64,000 bases of DNA from Bacteroidota bacterium (lineage in GTDB: Bacteria; Bacteroidota; Bacteroidia; AKYH767-A; JAHEYN01), in the NCBI GenBank assembly GCA_023251555.1, contig JAHEYN010000001.1, forward strand, positions 75,433 to 139,432, read 5' to 3'. Under the pieces are notes generated by a model, which saw only the letters and a list, made by a program, of their open reading frames with translations, searched no databases and was not told the DNA's origin. Made by a program: the position numbers and the translations under genes. Positions 38,194 to 48,177 of the stretch are shown in pieces; within the stretch, counting starts at the first letter, position 1, and the number at the start of each line of letters is the position of its first letter.

Positions 38194-39033
38194 TTATTTT
38201 CCGGGGCACACAAATGTATAGATGGTAAACTTTCCGCTGGGTTCTTTACAGCGTTCAACGGATAGTACTTCATACCCGCATATATTACATAACATGACCA
38301 GGCTTAAGGGCGAATATACATGGTAGTGTCCATAGCCGAAGGCTTCGTTATCGGGCCCATCTTCAAAAAAACTCAATGTATCAGGAAGTTCGATGTACAG
38401 GATACCATTGCCGGCGAGATATTTTTTTACTTCTTTCAGGAATGATACGGGGTCGAAAATATGTTCAAGTACCCGGTTGAGCGTAATCAGACTGAATTTT
38501 CCGGTTGTGCCTACATCGCTGAGATAACCTTTTACCACCCTGGCTTCCGGCATGTGTTTCTGAATATGCGCAGATGCGTGGGGGTCAGGCTCTACCGCTG
38601 TTCCCTGCCATTTTTCAGCTGACAGGAATTTGTACAGGAAAACACCCATCCCTGCGCCGATATCAAGTACTGTATACTGTTTTTCTTTTTGCAGGGGCTG
38701 GTAATTTTCAATGAAAGCATTTATGCGCTTCACTCTTGCATGGTTGTCTGATTTTTCTTCGGGGAGATTAATTACAAAGCTGAATCGTTTCTCAAAAAAC
38801 TCTTCAGGTGTTCCTTCTGCCCCGTAATAAAATCCTTCAGAGTAAACATTTTCATAGTCAGGAGTGTCGTGCAGGTACATCAACCGGCAGAAACTGCATT
38901 CGCTGTAACGTGCAGGGGTTTTACGCCTTGTTTCAGTTATTGCGAACTTGTCTTCGCGCGAAACAGTAAAATCTCTTATTGTTTCTTTAGTGCCGCATAC
39001 AGGGCATGAGGAAACGGGTTTAGTTTCTTTCAT
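38194..39033 (-). CDS. Class I SAM-dependent methyltransferase with an N-terminal Cys4 zinc-ribbon.
   Basis: The ribbon is CPVCG…CSFC. The MTase motif I is VLDIGAGMGVF and the post-I acidic residue is in TAVEPD. Confidence 0.65.
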   Translation of the reverse strand: MKETKPVSSCPVCGTKETIRDFTVSREDKFAITETRRKTPARYSECSFCRLMYLHDTPDYENVYSEGFYYGAEGTPEEFFEKRFSFVINLPEEKSDNHARVKRINAFIENYQPLQKEKQYTVLDIGAGMGVFLYKFLSAEKWQGTAVEPDPHASAHIQKHMPEARVVKGYLSDVGTTGKFSLITLNRVLEHIFDPVSFLKEVKKYLAGNGILYIELPDTLSFFEDGPDNEAFGYGHYHVYSPLSLVMLCNICGYEVLSVERCKEPSGKFTIYTFVCPGK

Positions 39034-39364
39034 CGAGCCATTCTATAAGGGTTTCCCGGTGTTTACGGAGGTAATTTTTAAATGAACCTGTTTTACCATA
39101 TTCCACGAGCATTATAAAATACCTGTTTGTACTGTTTTTTACGAGAGCTGTTTTGTAGCCTTCCTTCATCAGGCGGGAGTTTATAGAAGGAGTTGCATAA
39201 TATCCCCATGATTTAGCCACGATATCATAGTTGGCGCCTTTGCTGCTGCGAAGTGTAATTTGTTCATCAGCCTCTATGGTTATGGATCCGAAATCTCTTA
39301 TAACGACCCTGCCTTTTTTGTCGGGCTTGAATTTTCTTGGACTCCTGAGAATATTCAGCTTCAT
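39020..39364 (-). CDS. Hypothetical protein (114 aa) with no recognisable motif. It is translationally coupled into the operon.
   Basis: It is an ORF only, with a 4-nt gap or overlap to its neighbours. Confidence 0.3.
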   Translation of the reverse strand: MKLNILRSPRKFKPDKKGRVVIRDFGSITIEADEQITLRSSKGANYDIVAKSWGYYATPSINSRLMKEGYKTALVKNSTNRYFIMLVEYGKTGSFKNYLRKHRETLIEWLDERN

Positions 39365-39367
39365 TGT

Positions 39368-40525
39368 TCAGATGGGAGTATTGGAAAACCTGTCGGGAAC
39401 TTTATCTCCTCCAATCCATCCTTCAATATACCATTCCCCGTTTGAATCCTTTTTCCATATATTTTTATTGCGGAATTTTTCCGCAGTTTCCCAGAAACTT
39501 TTTTCAGTAATATTAATTTGCCTGCAGAAGGCGGCAATATATTCCTTAGGCGGCTTCACGCCATCTCTTTCTTTTACCAGCCTGACCGCTTCCTCTCTTG
39601 TCATACGCCCTTTCCTGATTTCATTGGAGGCATTGTCGGTAATCCTGTTGAAGCCGAATTTAAGCCACTTGAAATAGTGATGAATGACAATATTCATGCA
39701 GTCCAGGTCGGCATAATCATAAAGCCCCATGACAGGCCCCTTCTCTCTTACTTTAAACCCATAGCGCACTGCCACTTCCATGTTTGTTTTTGCATCCCAT
39801 GGAATATAATACCCAAGGAAGATGGGATGATACCCGATACTCTCCAGTTCATTATCCTCTGGATAAATCATAGATTGAATTTCAAAAGCAGAAAGGTTAT
39901 CGCTGACCCAGTCTTCCCACGATCGCCCTTTCAGGATATCATGTTTTTTCAAGAAATCCCTGTTAAGCCTTGCTACTTCAAAATCTGATTCTGAGCCCCC
40001 GTATTCCATGAGCGGGTTTTCTCCCCATATTATTAATGGAATTCCAAGTTTTACAGCAAGGTTTGGGATGATACTGTATATGGCAAGGTGATCTACAAGT
40101 GAGCAATCTCCAAGTTCGTTGAAAGCTTTTTTTGTGAGTTTGTTTATTCCCACAGGATTGGGAGAGAAATCTACGTGGTCAACTCCTATGTTTCTGAGAG
40201 CCTGGAGGTTTTCCTCTCCTCTCGGGGTTCGTGCAAGTGTTCTGAAAGTGATACAGAGCGGATTCATACGGTACTCGTTTTTTACCATATGAACCTGATA
40301 GGTGCTGTCCTTTCCGCCGCTTACGGGTACAATACAGTCATATTTTCCCGGTATATTTAAGCGATACTTGTCAAATATTTCACCGAGAGACTTTTTTCTT
40401 GCGTCCCAGTCAATGGATGCCATCTTTTTTTCCGATGCAATACATGCGCTGCAGATACCATTTTCATTAAATTCAATGTGCGGACGGGAGTCAGGGGTTA
40501 CGCACCGTTTGCAATACTTTAGCAT
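39368..40525 (-). CDS. N-acetyl sugar amidotransferase (PP-loop ATP pyrophosphatase; WbuX/PseA-like).
   Basis: It has an N-terminal CxxC…CxxC ribbon (CKRCVTPDS…CSAC) and a PP-loop SGGKDS. Confidence 0.65.
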   Translation of the reverse strand: MLKYCKRCVTPDSRPHIEFNENGICSACIASEKKMASIDWDARKKSLGEIFDKYRLNIPGKYDCIVPVSGGKDSTYQVHMVKNEYRMNPLCITFRTLARTPRGEENLQALRNIGVDHVDFSPNPVGINKLTKKAFNELGDCSLVDHLAIYSIIPNLAVKLGIPLIIWGENPLMEYGGSESDFEVARLNRDFLKKHDILKGRSWEDWVSDNLSAFEIQSMIYPEDNELESIGYHPIFLGYYIPWDAKTNMEVAVRYGFKVREKGPVMGLYDYADLDCMNIVIHHYFKWLKFGFNRITDNASNEIRKGRMTREEAVRLVKERDGVKPPKEYIAAFCRQINITEKSFWETAEKFRNKNIWKKDSNGEWYIEGWIGGDKVPDRFSNTPI

Positions 40526-41418
40526 AAATCAGTTGTTTTTTTGCAGTATAAAATTACTGTCCTTCCGAGCCCGAGCCCGGAAAGAACTTTATAAAATAAT
40601 CTTCTTACAGGGTTAAGATGATTTCTGTACAAAAAGATTTCAAATTTGATCCTGATATTATGAGCGCTCCTGCCTTTGGCTTTATGGCGGATAAAATTAT
40701 ATCCCAGCAGGAGGAGGGCATAGATGGGGAATGTAGTTGCCTGAGCAGAGATCTTAAAGCCATTCCGCCGCATCAGCTTTTTAAGGCTCCTGAAGTTAAA
40801 GTAATTGATGTGATCAGGGATAGCCAGCCATGACTTTTTTTCACGAAGCAGGAAAACCCCGAGGCGCTGGGTAAACTCGTAGTCATTTGGAACCTCTGCG
40901 TAAAGAATACCTCCCTTAACCAGGATCCGGTAGCATTCTTCTATAATTTCAATGGGGTTCAGAACATGTTCCAGTACATTCTTCAGGTGGATAACATCAA
41001 ATTTCCTGTTGTTGTTCCTGATAAAGTCATTGAAGGTGGTGTTTAGTATATCCAGGTTATTTTTTCTCCCGTGTTCCGCAGCAGAGTCCGACGGTTCTAT
41101 ACCAATGCAGCTCCAGCCTTTCTTTACAGCATAGCTCATAAACTCTCCGGATCCGCACCCGATATCAAGAAGGTTTTTTCCGGGGGCATATTTTTCAAAC
41201 ATTCTTATACGGTCCTCATATGCAATTTCCCAGAAAAGGCGGTCCCTTTGGTCTTCCTCGATGTAAGATGGTTTATGTGTATCATAGTACTGGGTCCTGT
41301 AGAATTCATCCAGGACTTTCTGGTCGGGAATCGGATGCAGATGTTTAAACCCGCAAACATCACACTCAAGAATCCCGTACCCGCTTACTGTGTCTGTTAT
41401 GTTCCCTTTGTGGTTCAA
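40519..41418 (-). CDS. Class I SAM-dependent methyltransferase with an N-terminal CxxC motif.
   Basis: It has ECDVCGF, then LLDIGCGSGEF (motif I) and IGIEPSD. Confidence 0.65.
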   Translation of the reverse strand: MNHKGNITDTVSGYGILECDVCGFKHLHPIPDQKVLDEFYRTQYYDTHKPSYIEEDQRDRLFWEIAYEDRIRMFEKYAPGKNLLDIGCGSGEFMSYAVKKGWSCIGIEPSDSAAEHGRKNNLDILNTTFNDFIRNNNRKFDVIHLKNVLEHVLNPIEIIEECYRILVKGGILYAEVPNDYEFTQRLGVFLLREKKSWLAIPDHINYFNFRSLKKLMRRNGFKISAQATTFPIYALLLLGYNFIRHKAKGRSAHNIRIKFEIFLYRNHLNPVRRLFYKVLSGLGLGRTVILYCKKTTDLC

Positions 41419-43235
41419 TTCTGCTCCAGGAATATTTTAGCGTTGAGGAAGTTAAAAACAAATTTACTATAACTATTGGAATCGGTCATTCCCTGCAGCA
41501 GTTTCAGCAGTTTTTCCCTGTCCACATAATCAAAAATCCTGGAGGGCTCCATCAGGTAATCCATATTTTTTGAAGATTTGAGGTCAATGATGGAATTAAT
41601 AGATGCATTGAATCCTTTTTTCTGTTTGTCCAGCCGGACAAAGTCATTCAGGATACCTTTCATAGCCTCCCTCAGCAGGTACTTGCCAAGACCCTTCTGA
41701 ATCATATGCTCAGTGGGGATGGAGTATGCAAACCTGAAAAGCCGCGAGTCAAGGTAGGGGCAGCGGTTCTCTATAGAAAACATCATGGCGTTGAGGTCGT
41801 CTTCATGCAGGATAAGTCTTACACCTTCATGAAACAACTCGTTTAGCATGCGGCTTCTGAGCATTGAGGAAGAAGCATATTTTGTTTCATAAAACTCTTC
41901 ATAAAAAGGAATTTTAAGGATGGACCTGAATTCCTCATTGTTCAGGTAAATATGTTTGCGGTTATTCGGATCGCTGAAATATAATTCCGGATTTTTAAGA
42001 TATGGATTTCTTACAATTGTACCAATATTTTTATGCCAGTCAGACAGAAATTCCCTGTATCGCGGATGGTTCCGCATTTCATAAAGATAGAGGTTGAAAT
42101 GGTCGTAATAGCCTGTAAAAAGCTCATCCGCAGCATGTCCGGAAAAAATCACTTTATAGCCATTCCTGGCTACCGCCTCGGTGATAAAAGAGTGCACAAA
42201 AAAAGTAATAGTGGCAAGCGGAACGTCATGGTATTCTATAAGATCTGTCAGGCGCTCAAGCGTATTTTCATGAGACACATGAATGATGGTATTCTTACAG
42301 TTGATGTCTTTAATAGTATGTTGAATGTTTTCGTATTCGTTATACCGTTCATCATTATCAATAATTGAAAAGGTATGAATATTGAGGTTGAAAATTTTTG
42401 CGGCGATGGAAGCAAGAGACGAGGAATCAATTCCTCCGCTCAGGCAGAAAGCAATAGGCACATCACTTCTGAGGCGGATTTTCAGGCTTTCCGTAAGATG
42501 GTGTTTAATCCCCTCGATGGCATCTTCTGATGACATGGGAACCGGCATATAGCGGGGGAACCAATACCGTGTGATCTTTTTTTCCAGTTCCGGTCCTATG
42601 ATCAGATTAGAGGCATAGGGGACTTCGCTGATCTCATTGAAAAAAGTCTCATCATTCTTATAGAGTGATTTATATCCATTGGTAAGATAGCGCAGCACCT
42701 GGTTATCATTTACAGTGAGTCTCTTATTGCAGAGGGAACGTACTGCTTTTATTTCCGAACCAAAATAAAAACCGTCGGAAGTTTCAAGATAATAAAACGG
42801 TTTCTCTGCAAACCGGTCACGGGAAAGGAACAAATTCTGTTTTCTGCTGTCGTAAATTGCAAAGCTCCACATGCCTTCAAAATAGTCCACGCAATTTTCG
42901 CCATAGAGGGCATAATAATGCATGAGGACTTCGGTATCGGACGAAGTGGAAAGGCGGATACCTTTTTTTACCAGTTCCTCCCGCAGTTCGAGGTAGTTGT
43001 ATATCTCCCCGTTATACACAATGGTGTTGTCTCCTATGGTGAGTGGCTGGTTGGCACGCTTGTCGAGGTCAATAATGCTGAGGCGGGAATGAAGCAGGTA
43101 GATATGACAGTCTTTTACTGAATTCTTTGTGTAGGAACGGGCATCAGGGCCTCGTTTTCCCATCAGTGAAAGCGTTCGCTCAAGGATATTTTCCTCAATA
43201 ACCTGTTTGCCGATATAACCTGCTATTCCGCACAT
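41415..43235 (-). CDS. asnB: Asparagine synthetase (glutamine-hydrolysing) homolog, likely a glycan amidotransferase (WbpS-like) in this context.
   Basis: It has the N-terminal MCGIAGYIG (Ntn Cys2), a PP-loop SGGIDSS and a length of 606 aa. Confidence 0.85.
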   Translation of the reverse strand: MCGIAGYIGKQVIEENILERTLSLMGKRGPDARSYTKNSVKDCHIYLLHSRLSIIDLDKRANQPLTIGDNTIVYNGEIYNYLELREELVKKGIRLSTSSDTEVLMHYYALYGENCVDYFEGMWSFAIYDSRKQNLFLSRDRFAEKPFYYLETSDGFYFGSEIKAVRSLCNKRLTVNDNQVLRYLTNGYKSLYKNDETFFNEISEVPYASNLIIGPELEKKITRYWFPRYMPVPMSSEDAIEGIKHHLTESLKIRLRSDVPIAFCLSGGIDSSSLASIAAKIFNLNIHTFSIIDNDERYNEYENIQHTIKDINCKNTIIHVSHENTLERLTDLIEYHDVPLATITFFVHSFITEAVARNGYKVIFSGHAADELFTGYYDHFNLYLYEMRNHPRYREFLSDWHKNIGTIVRNPYLKNPELYFSDPNNRKHIYLNNEEFRSILKIPFYEEFYETKYASSSMLRSRMLNELFHEGVRLILHEDDLNAMMFSIENRCPYLDSRLFRFAYSIPTEHMIQKGLGKYLLREAMKGILNDFVRLDKQKKGFNASINSIIDLKSSKNMDYLMEPSRIFDYVDREKLLKLLQGMTDSNSYSKFVFNFLNAKIFLEQN

Positions 43236-43243
43236 AGATTTAT

Positions 43244-44257
43244 TTAATTGAAATGATTCATACTTACCGGTTCTCCTGCTGCTATGCCTTTTGTGATTTT
43301 CCTGCCGATGATGTTATTTTCCATTCCTGCGGGGAGTTCTCCTTTTATTCTCAGCCAGGTAATGTCGTTCGTGGAAACAATATGGCCGGGCATGAGATTT
43401 ATTTTTGCCACGATAAACCGGCGGATGTTATTCTGGAGTTCCTTCTTTTCGGCATCCCGGGGTTCTTTTATCCCTGTTCCCATCAGGATTTCAATGTCAC
43501 GAATGGTTTTTACCATACTTTTCATTTCAGCGGGATCCGCCGAAAGACGATGGTCGCGGAAGTCGGAATAATTTTTATCCAGCGTAAAGTGCTTTTCGAT
43601 AATTCTTGCGCCCATTGAAACGGCAGCCGTTACGGCAGTTGTTCCCATGGTATGGTCAGAATACCCTATGGTACACCCGAATTCTTTCTGAAGGTGCCGG
43701 ATGGCATTCAGGTTTGCATCTTCCGGGAGGGTGGGGTAGCTTGTAACACAGTGTAACACGGCTAATTCTCCGTTTATATTCCTGTTGTTCCAGATAGTTT
43801 CGATATAATTTTTTGAATGCCTGATTTCATTTATATCTACCAGTCCTGACGAAATAATAACAGGTTTTCCTGTCCCTGCAACAAATTGCAGAAGAGGGAA
43901 AAAATTGTTATCCGCAGATGCAATTTTGAAAGCAGGAACGATTTTATTCAGGAACTCTGCGCTTTCCAGGTCAAAAGGAGTGGAAAGAAATAACACACCC
44001 GCTTTTTGGGCCACATGGTAAAGCTTCATAAAAACCTCCTGGCTGAGCTCAAATGATTTCAGTCTCTCAAACCTGGCAGTATTGTTCCTGTCAATGAAAA
44101 GTTCTGTTTTGAATGTCTGGAACTTTACCGCATCTGCCCCGGCCGCAGCAGCTTCCAGAATCATTTTCTCGGCAGTGTCAGGATTGCCTTCATGATTATT
44201 GCCTATCTCGGCGATAACCAGTACATTCTTATCAGTATTAAATCTGTTGATCCGCAT
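43244..44257 (-). CDS. NeuB-family nonulosonic-acid synthase homolog (sialic/pseudaminic/legionaminic acid synthase family) with a C-terminal SAF domain.
   Basis: It has IAEIGNNHEGN, KFQTF, FKIASADNNF and YSDHTMG, then a C-terminal SAF-like segment. Confidence 0.8.
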   Translation of the reverse strand: MRINRFNTDKNVLVIAEIGNNHEGNPDTAEKMILEAAAAGADAVKFQTFKTELFIDRNNTARFERLKSFELSQEVFMKLYHVAQKAGVLFLSTPFDLESAEFLNKIVPAFKIASADNNFFPLLQFVAGTGKPVIISSGLVDINEIRHSKNYIETIWNNRNINGELAVLHCVTSYPTLPEDANLNAIRHLQKEFGCTIGYSDHTMGTTAVTAAVSMGARIIEKHFTLDKNYSDFRDHRLSADPAEMKSMVKTIRDIEILMGTGIKEPRDAEKKELQNNIRRFIVAKINLMPGHIVSTNDITWLRIKGELPAGMENNIIGRKITKGIAAGEPVSMNHFN

Positions 44258-44260
44258 AGG

Positions 44261-44929
44261 TTAGTAGAAACTGTCTGGCCCGCAGTTCATGGCATAGTCA
44301 AGGATACTTAAGCCCGGGATGAAAGGGCCGTGCATCTGAGGGTATGTTTGATTGGTAGCAGTAAAGTATTCAAAGTCAATGCCGCCATTTTGAAAATATT
44401 CTTTAGGATGATATTCTTCTGTGCCGGGTTTTACTATAAATTTTGTTGCTCCGAAGTGGTGGCAGAGATTGATAAGTTTATCATTGGCTGTTCCTTCGAC
44501 TGTTATTTCAGATGATCGGTAGCAGGGCGTTTTAATTCCCAGGTAATTTCTGAAGCTTTCAATAAAAGCGATATTGAGATCGGCGAGGGTTTCATATTGT
44601 TTAAAAAGAATTTCTTTTACCATTGCTCCGGCCTCCCAGAAAAACGGAGATTTAGCATAGCTGTACTCGATTGATTTCCAGTGTTTGGCTTGCCAGTTCT
44701 GTTTGTAATCAATATTTATACTGTTAATAAATTTTTTACTGTTACCGCTGTACAAAACAGGAACAGTCAGGGTAAGCGGGCCGTTTGATGTTTTTATCCT
44801 GTTCCTGTTATGGAAACTGTTCTTTGAATATTCCACATCATCAAGGTAGATGAAAACATCAGACTTTTTGACCCTTTCAAGAAAGGGAATCCATGCCAGG
44901 TAAGACGGTTGTATACTGCCGAGGATCAT
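44261..44929 (-). CDS. WbqC-like family protein.
   Basis: Its N-terminus MILGSIQPSYLAWIPFLERVKKSDVFIYLDDVEYSKNSFHNRNRI matches the WbqC-like family pattern. Confidence 0.6.
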   Translation of the reverse strand: MILGSIQPSYLAWIPFLERVKKSDVFIYLDDVEYSKNSFHNRNRIKTSNGPLTLTVPVLYSGNSKKFINSINIDYKQNWQAKHWKSIEYSYAKSPFFWEAGAMVKEILFKQYETLADLNIAFIESFRNYLGIKTPCYRSSEITVEGTANDKLINLCHHFGATKFIVKPGTEEYHPKEYFQNGGIDFEYFTATNQTYPQMHGPFIPGLSILDYAMNCGPDSFY

Positions 44930-45999
44930 CGCATTTTCCTCCTGCGGGGCTTCGGGTTCTGTGGGCTTTCCTGCTTCGGTTGGAATTGTTGCAGGTTTTT
45001 CAGGGATAACATCCTCTGTGCCTTTTGTAGTTGCGTAAGATTCTGAAATAAGTAGAGAGGTTGAAGTATCCTGAACTTTTCAGGATTGGTCATATATTCT
45101 TTTATCTCATTCAATCCTTTTGCCAGGTTGAACACAGGGGAATAGCCCATGACTTTTTTTGCTTTGTCAATGGGATAGTTGTTCCGGTTAAGGTCTTCTT
45201 TTTTTTCTATGTATTTTATTTGGGTGCGGGTTTCCGGAAATAATTTTATTATTGATTCGGCAAGATGTTTCATTGACACAGATTCTCCTCCTGTGATGTT
45301 GAATACTCCCGTGATTTGCTTTTCTATGGCAAGCTGACAGGCCATGCCTATATCCTGAACGAAGGTAAAAGTTTGTTCCCTTTCACCTTTGCCATATAAA
45401 ACAAGTTCTTCCGACAATTGAATTTTTTTCAGGAAGAGAGGTATTACTGCATTGCTGGTATTAAGGTATCCGTAAGGAGCGCTTATTCTGAGAATACTGC
45501 AGGGGAATGTCTTTTGCAGGATGTACTGATTGCATATCAGTTCTGCGCAAAGTTTACTGGTGTCATAGCAGCTTTTGTTGTTATACGGGACTTCTTCGGG
45601 TGTAATATTTTCTTTTAATGAAGACAGCCTGGTTCCTGAAATATAAACAAAAGGCCGGGAATATTTTTCACACAACTGCAGCAGCCGGAAGGTTCCAATG
45701 GTATTAGCCTGAAAATATTCATTGAAAACATCCATGCTTTCTTTCTCTCCTTTGGGAATTTTTGCGGCATTGTGGATAACTGCATCCGAAGATGCCACGA
45801 AGGATTCAAGATTGGCGATACTCTCCCCGGATAAGAGGTCGAGCTTTACTATTGAAAGATTTGGGTGAGCAGATTCGGTATTATTTCTGCTGGTTCCTGT
45901 TACTGAGAACCCTTTGTTCAGAAGATAGTAGGTGATGCCGTGACCTACAAGTCCGTCACATCCTGTTACGAGGATTTTTTTTTCTGTCACTACCTGCAT
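44926..45999 (-). CDS. NAD-dependent epimerase/dehydratase (SDR) with a basic C-terminal tail.
   Basis: It has ILVTGCDGLVGHGI (Rossmann) and a YxxxK motif. It ends with …PKPRRRKMR. Confidence 0.6.
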   Translation of the reverse strand: MQVVTEKKILVTGCDGLVGHGITYYLLNKGFSVTGTSRNNTESAHPNLSIVKLDLLSGESIANLESFVASSDAVIHNAAKIPKGEKESMDVFNEYFQANTIGTFRLLQLCEKYSRPFVYISGTRLSSLKENITPEEVPYNNKSCYDTSKLCAELICNQYILQKTFPCSILRISAPYGYLNTSNAVIPLFLKKIQLSEELVLYGKGEREQTFTFVQDIGMACQLAIEKQITGVFNITGGESVSMKHLAESIIKLFPETRTQIKYIEKKEDLNRNNYPIDKAKKVMGYSPVFNLAKGLNEIKEYMTNPEKFRILQPLYLFQNLTQLQKAQRMLSLKNLQQFQPKQESPQNPKPRRRKMR

Positions 46000-47117
46000 C
46001 CGGGAAGTTCTTTTTTGAGAGCGTTTGTAACCCTTTTCAGGTCATTGTCTGAAAGGGCGAGGTGAGTGGGCAGGCATATGAGTCTTTCCATGCAGTATTC
46101 TGCAACCGGGAAATCTCCTTTTCGGTGTCTGTGTGATTTTCTGAACAGAGGCTGAAGATGACAAAGTGGCTCGTACATCCATGTAATCCTCACTCCATGG
46201 TTCCCGGCCATAAGTTTCTGGAGTTCTTTTCTTGCAGATGGGTTTTTTAACAGAACCGGGAACCGCCAGTAGCTGTGTTGCAGTCCCCGGGCAGACTGGG
46301 AGAGGAGCTGGATCTCTTCCACGCCGCGCAGTTCATGCGTGTAATAAGCTGCAATTTCATTTCTCCGCCTGATGTTTTTTTCCATTGCAGAGAGCTGATG
46401 CCTTCCCAGTATGGAAGGAATTTCGGCAAGCCTGTAGTTGTTGCTGACAAGTTCGAATGTGTCGCCTTCAAGGCTTTTTCCGTGGTTTCTCAGCATCAGG
46501 ATTTTTTTATAAAGATCTTTGTCATTAGTGGTAATGACACCGCCCTCTCCCGTTGTGATTACTTTGGTAGCGTAGAAAGAAAAACAGGCTGCATTTCCGA
46601 TGGATCCGGCCATTGCGTTTTTGTAGGAGGCGCCGTGTGCGTGGGCTGCATCCTCAATCAGGAAGAGACCATGTTTTCTGCACAGAGCCTTTATGCTATT
46701 CATATACCCGGGAATGATTCCGAACATATAGACAATCATAATTCCCCTGGTCCTGGGTGTTATCCTGTTTTCAATACTTTTTATGTCAAGAGCCAGCGTA
46801 TCGCGATTAATATCGGCAAAGACAACTTTTCCGCCCCCAAGTATCACGGAAGATGCGGACGCGACAAAGGTGTTGGTGGGAACAATGATTTCTCCTCCCT
46901 GCAGGTCAAGTGCCCTCACTATAAGCTCCAGCCCGCTTCCGCCGGAATGGACGCCCGCCGCATAACGGGTTCCTGTAAACCGTGAAAATTCTTTTTCAAA
47001 GGCCTCGAGGTGAGGGCCCTGTGTAAGCTGGCCGGTTTTTAAAACAGATTTGACATCACGAAGAATGGGACCGACAGCGCTTCCGAAATAGGGTTGTGCG
47101 CCTAGTATGTCTTTCAT
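45990..47117 (-). CDS. DegT/DnrJ/EryC1/StrS-family sugar aminotransferase.
   Basis: It has the DegT fold blocks, a PLP-Lys region (…SFYATKVITTGEGG…) and a length of 375 aa. Confidence 0.8.
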   Translation of the reverse strand: MKDILGAQPYFGSAVGPILRDVKSVLKTGQLTQGPHLEAFEKEFSRFTGTRYAAGVHSGGSGLELIVRALDLQGGEIIVPTNTFVASASSVILGGGKVVFADINRDTLALDIKSIENRITPRTRGIMIVYMFGIIPGYMNSIKALCRKHGLFLIEDAAHAHGASYKNAMAGSIGNAACFSFYATKVITTGEGGVITTNDKDLYKKILMLRNHGKSLEGDTFELVSNNYRLAEIPSILGRHQLSAMEKNIRRRNEIAAYYTHELRGVEEIQLLSQSARGLQHSYWRFPVLLKNPSARKELQKLMAGNHGVRITWMYEPLCHLQPLFRKSHRHRKGDFPVAEYCMERLICLPTHLALSDNDLKRVTNALKKELPGCR

Positions 47118-48139
47118 TGATGTAAAGGCTTTAAAAAGCTCCGGTACCAGTCAATGTATTGTTTCAGGCCCTTTTCAATCGGGTGCTGGGGATTATACCC
47201 GATCATTTTTTTTGCTTTATCAACAGAGAGTGTGCCGCGTTCAGGCATCAGTTTATCTTTCGGGAGGTAGTTTATTTTGATGTCCGGGAAATGCTGGTGT
47301 ACGATCTTTGCCATGTCATTCAGAGAGCGGCCATCGCCATAGGTGAGGTTAAAAGTCTGGTTGATGGAGTTCTTGTTTTCAATCACATTCACCACGCCGC
47401 CGACGAGATCTTTGATATATGTGAAGTCGAGGCAGTCAGTGCCGTCGCCTTTGATATTGATATCTTTTCCCTGGATAGCATTTTCAATGAATATTTGCGC
47501 TACCCGCATGCTCACGCAGCGTTCCCCGTAAAGGGCCGATGGTCTTACGATGGTATAAGGAAGATCAAATACCTGGTTATACGCGATGACTAATTTTTCT
47601 CCTGCAAATTTCAGGGCTCCATAGATTCCAATCGGGTTACAGTTGGTGTCTTCATCAACTTTTCCTGCGGTAAAGTTTCCATATACCATACTGGATGAAA
47701 AATAGACGAAGTGTTCCACGGTACCTCTTGCATTGTCGAGGGCATTCTCAAGTGTCCTGAAGCTGTGGTCGAAGGTGGAGTAAGGGTCTTTGTTGGACCG
47801 GTCAGCATGGGAAACTGCGGCCAGCAGCACAATGACCTGGGGTTTTATCTCTCCGAGAGTTTTGGAGAGCAGGTGGTAGTCCCGGGCATCCTGTACATAA
47901 ATCGGTATCCCGGCATTCTCAAGCAGTTTCATCCGCTCGTTGAGCATGGCAAGGTACAGCGTCCTGTTTTTTACCTGCTTGTCGGTAGAGGAGAAATGAA
48001 GAAAATTATTGACCTGCAGGCTGTCAATAATACTTACTGAAGCACCCCGGCTGTGAAGTTCCAGTGCCAGGTTGTGGCCGATAAAACCGGATCCGCCTAT
48101 GAGAGTGATGCGCTTGTCTTTTAAAGGTATTACAGGCAT
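47114..48139 (-). CDS. NAD-dependent epimerase/dehydratase (SDR).
   Basis: It has ITLIGGSGFIGHNL (Rossmann) and YGALKFAGEK (YxxxK). Confidence 0.65.
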   Translation of the reverse strand: MPVIPLKDKRITLIGGSGFIGHNLALELHSRGASVSIIDSLQVNNFLHFSSTDKQVKNRTLYLAMLNERMKLLENAGIPIYVQDARDYHLLSKTLGEIKPQVIVLLAAVSHADRSNKDPYSTFDHSFRTLENALDNARGTVEHFVYFSSSMVYGNFTAGKVDEDTNCNPIGIYGALKFAGEKLVIAYNQVFDLPYTIVRPSALYGERCVSMRVAQIFIENAIQGKDINIKGDGTDCLDFTYIKDLVGGVVNVIENKNSINQTFNLTYGDGRSLNDMAKIVHQHFPDIKINYLPKDKLMPERGTLSVDKAKKMIGYNPQHPIEKGLKQYIDWYRSFLKPLHQ

Positions 48140-48177
48140 AGTTATATAGAATTATTTTTGAGTTTGGTGAGAGTGTC

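Noticed and set aside
43244-44257. Calling the locus a complete sialic-acid (NeuABC) or pseudaminic-acid pathway.
   Set aside because: Only the NeuB-family synthase is recognisable. CMP-transferase and 2-epimerase/hydrolase genes are absent from the window, so only the family assignment is reported.
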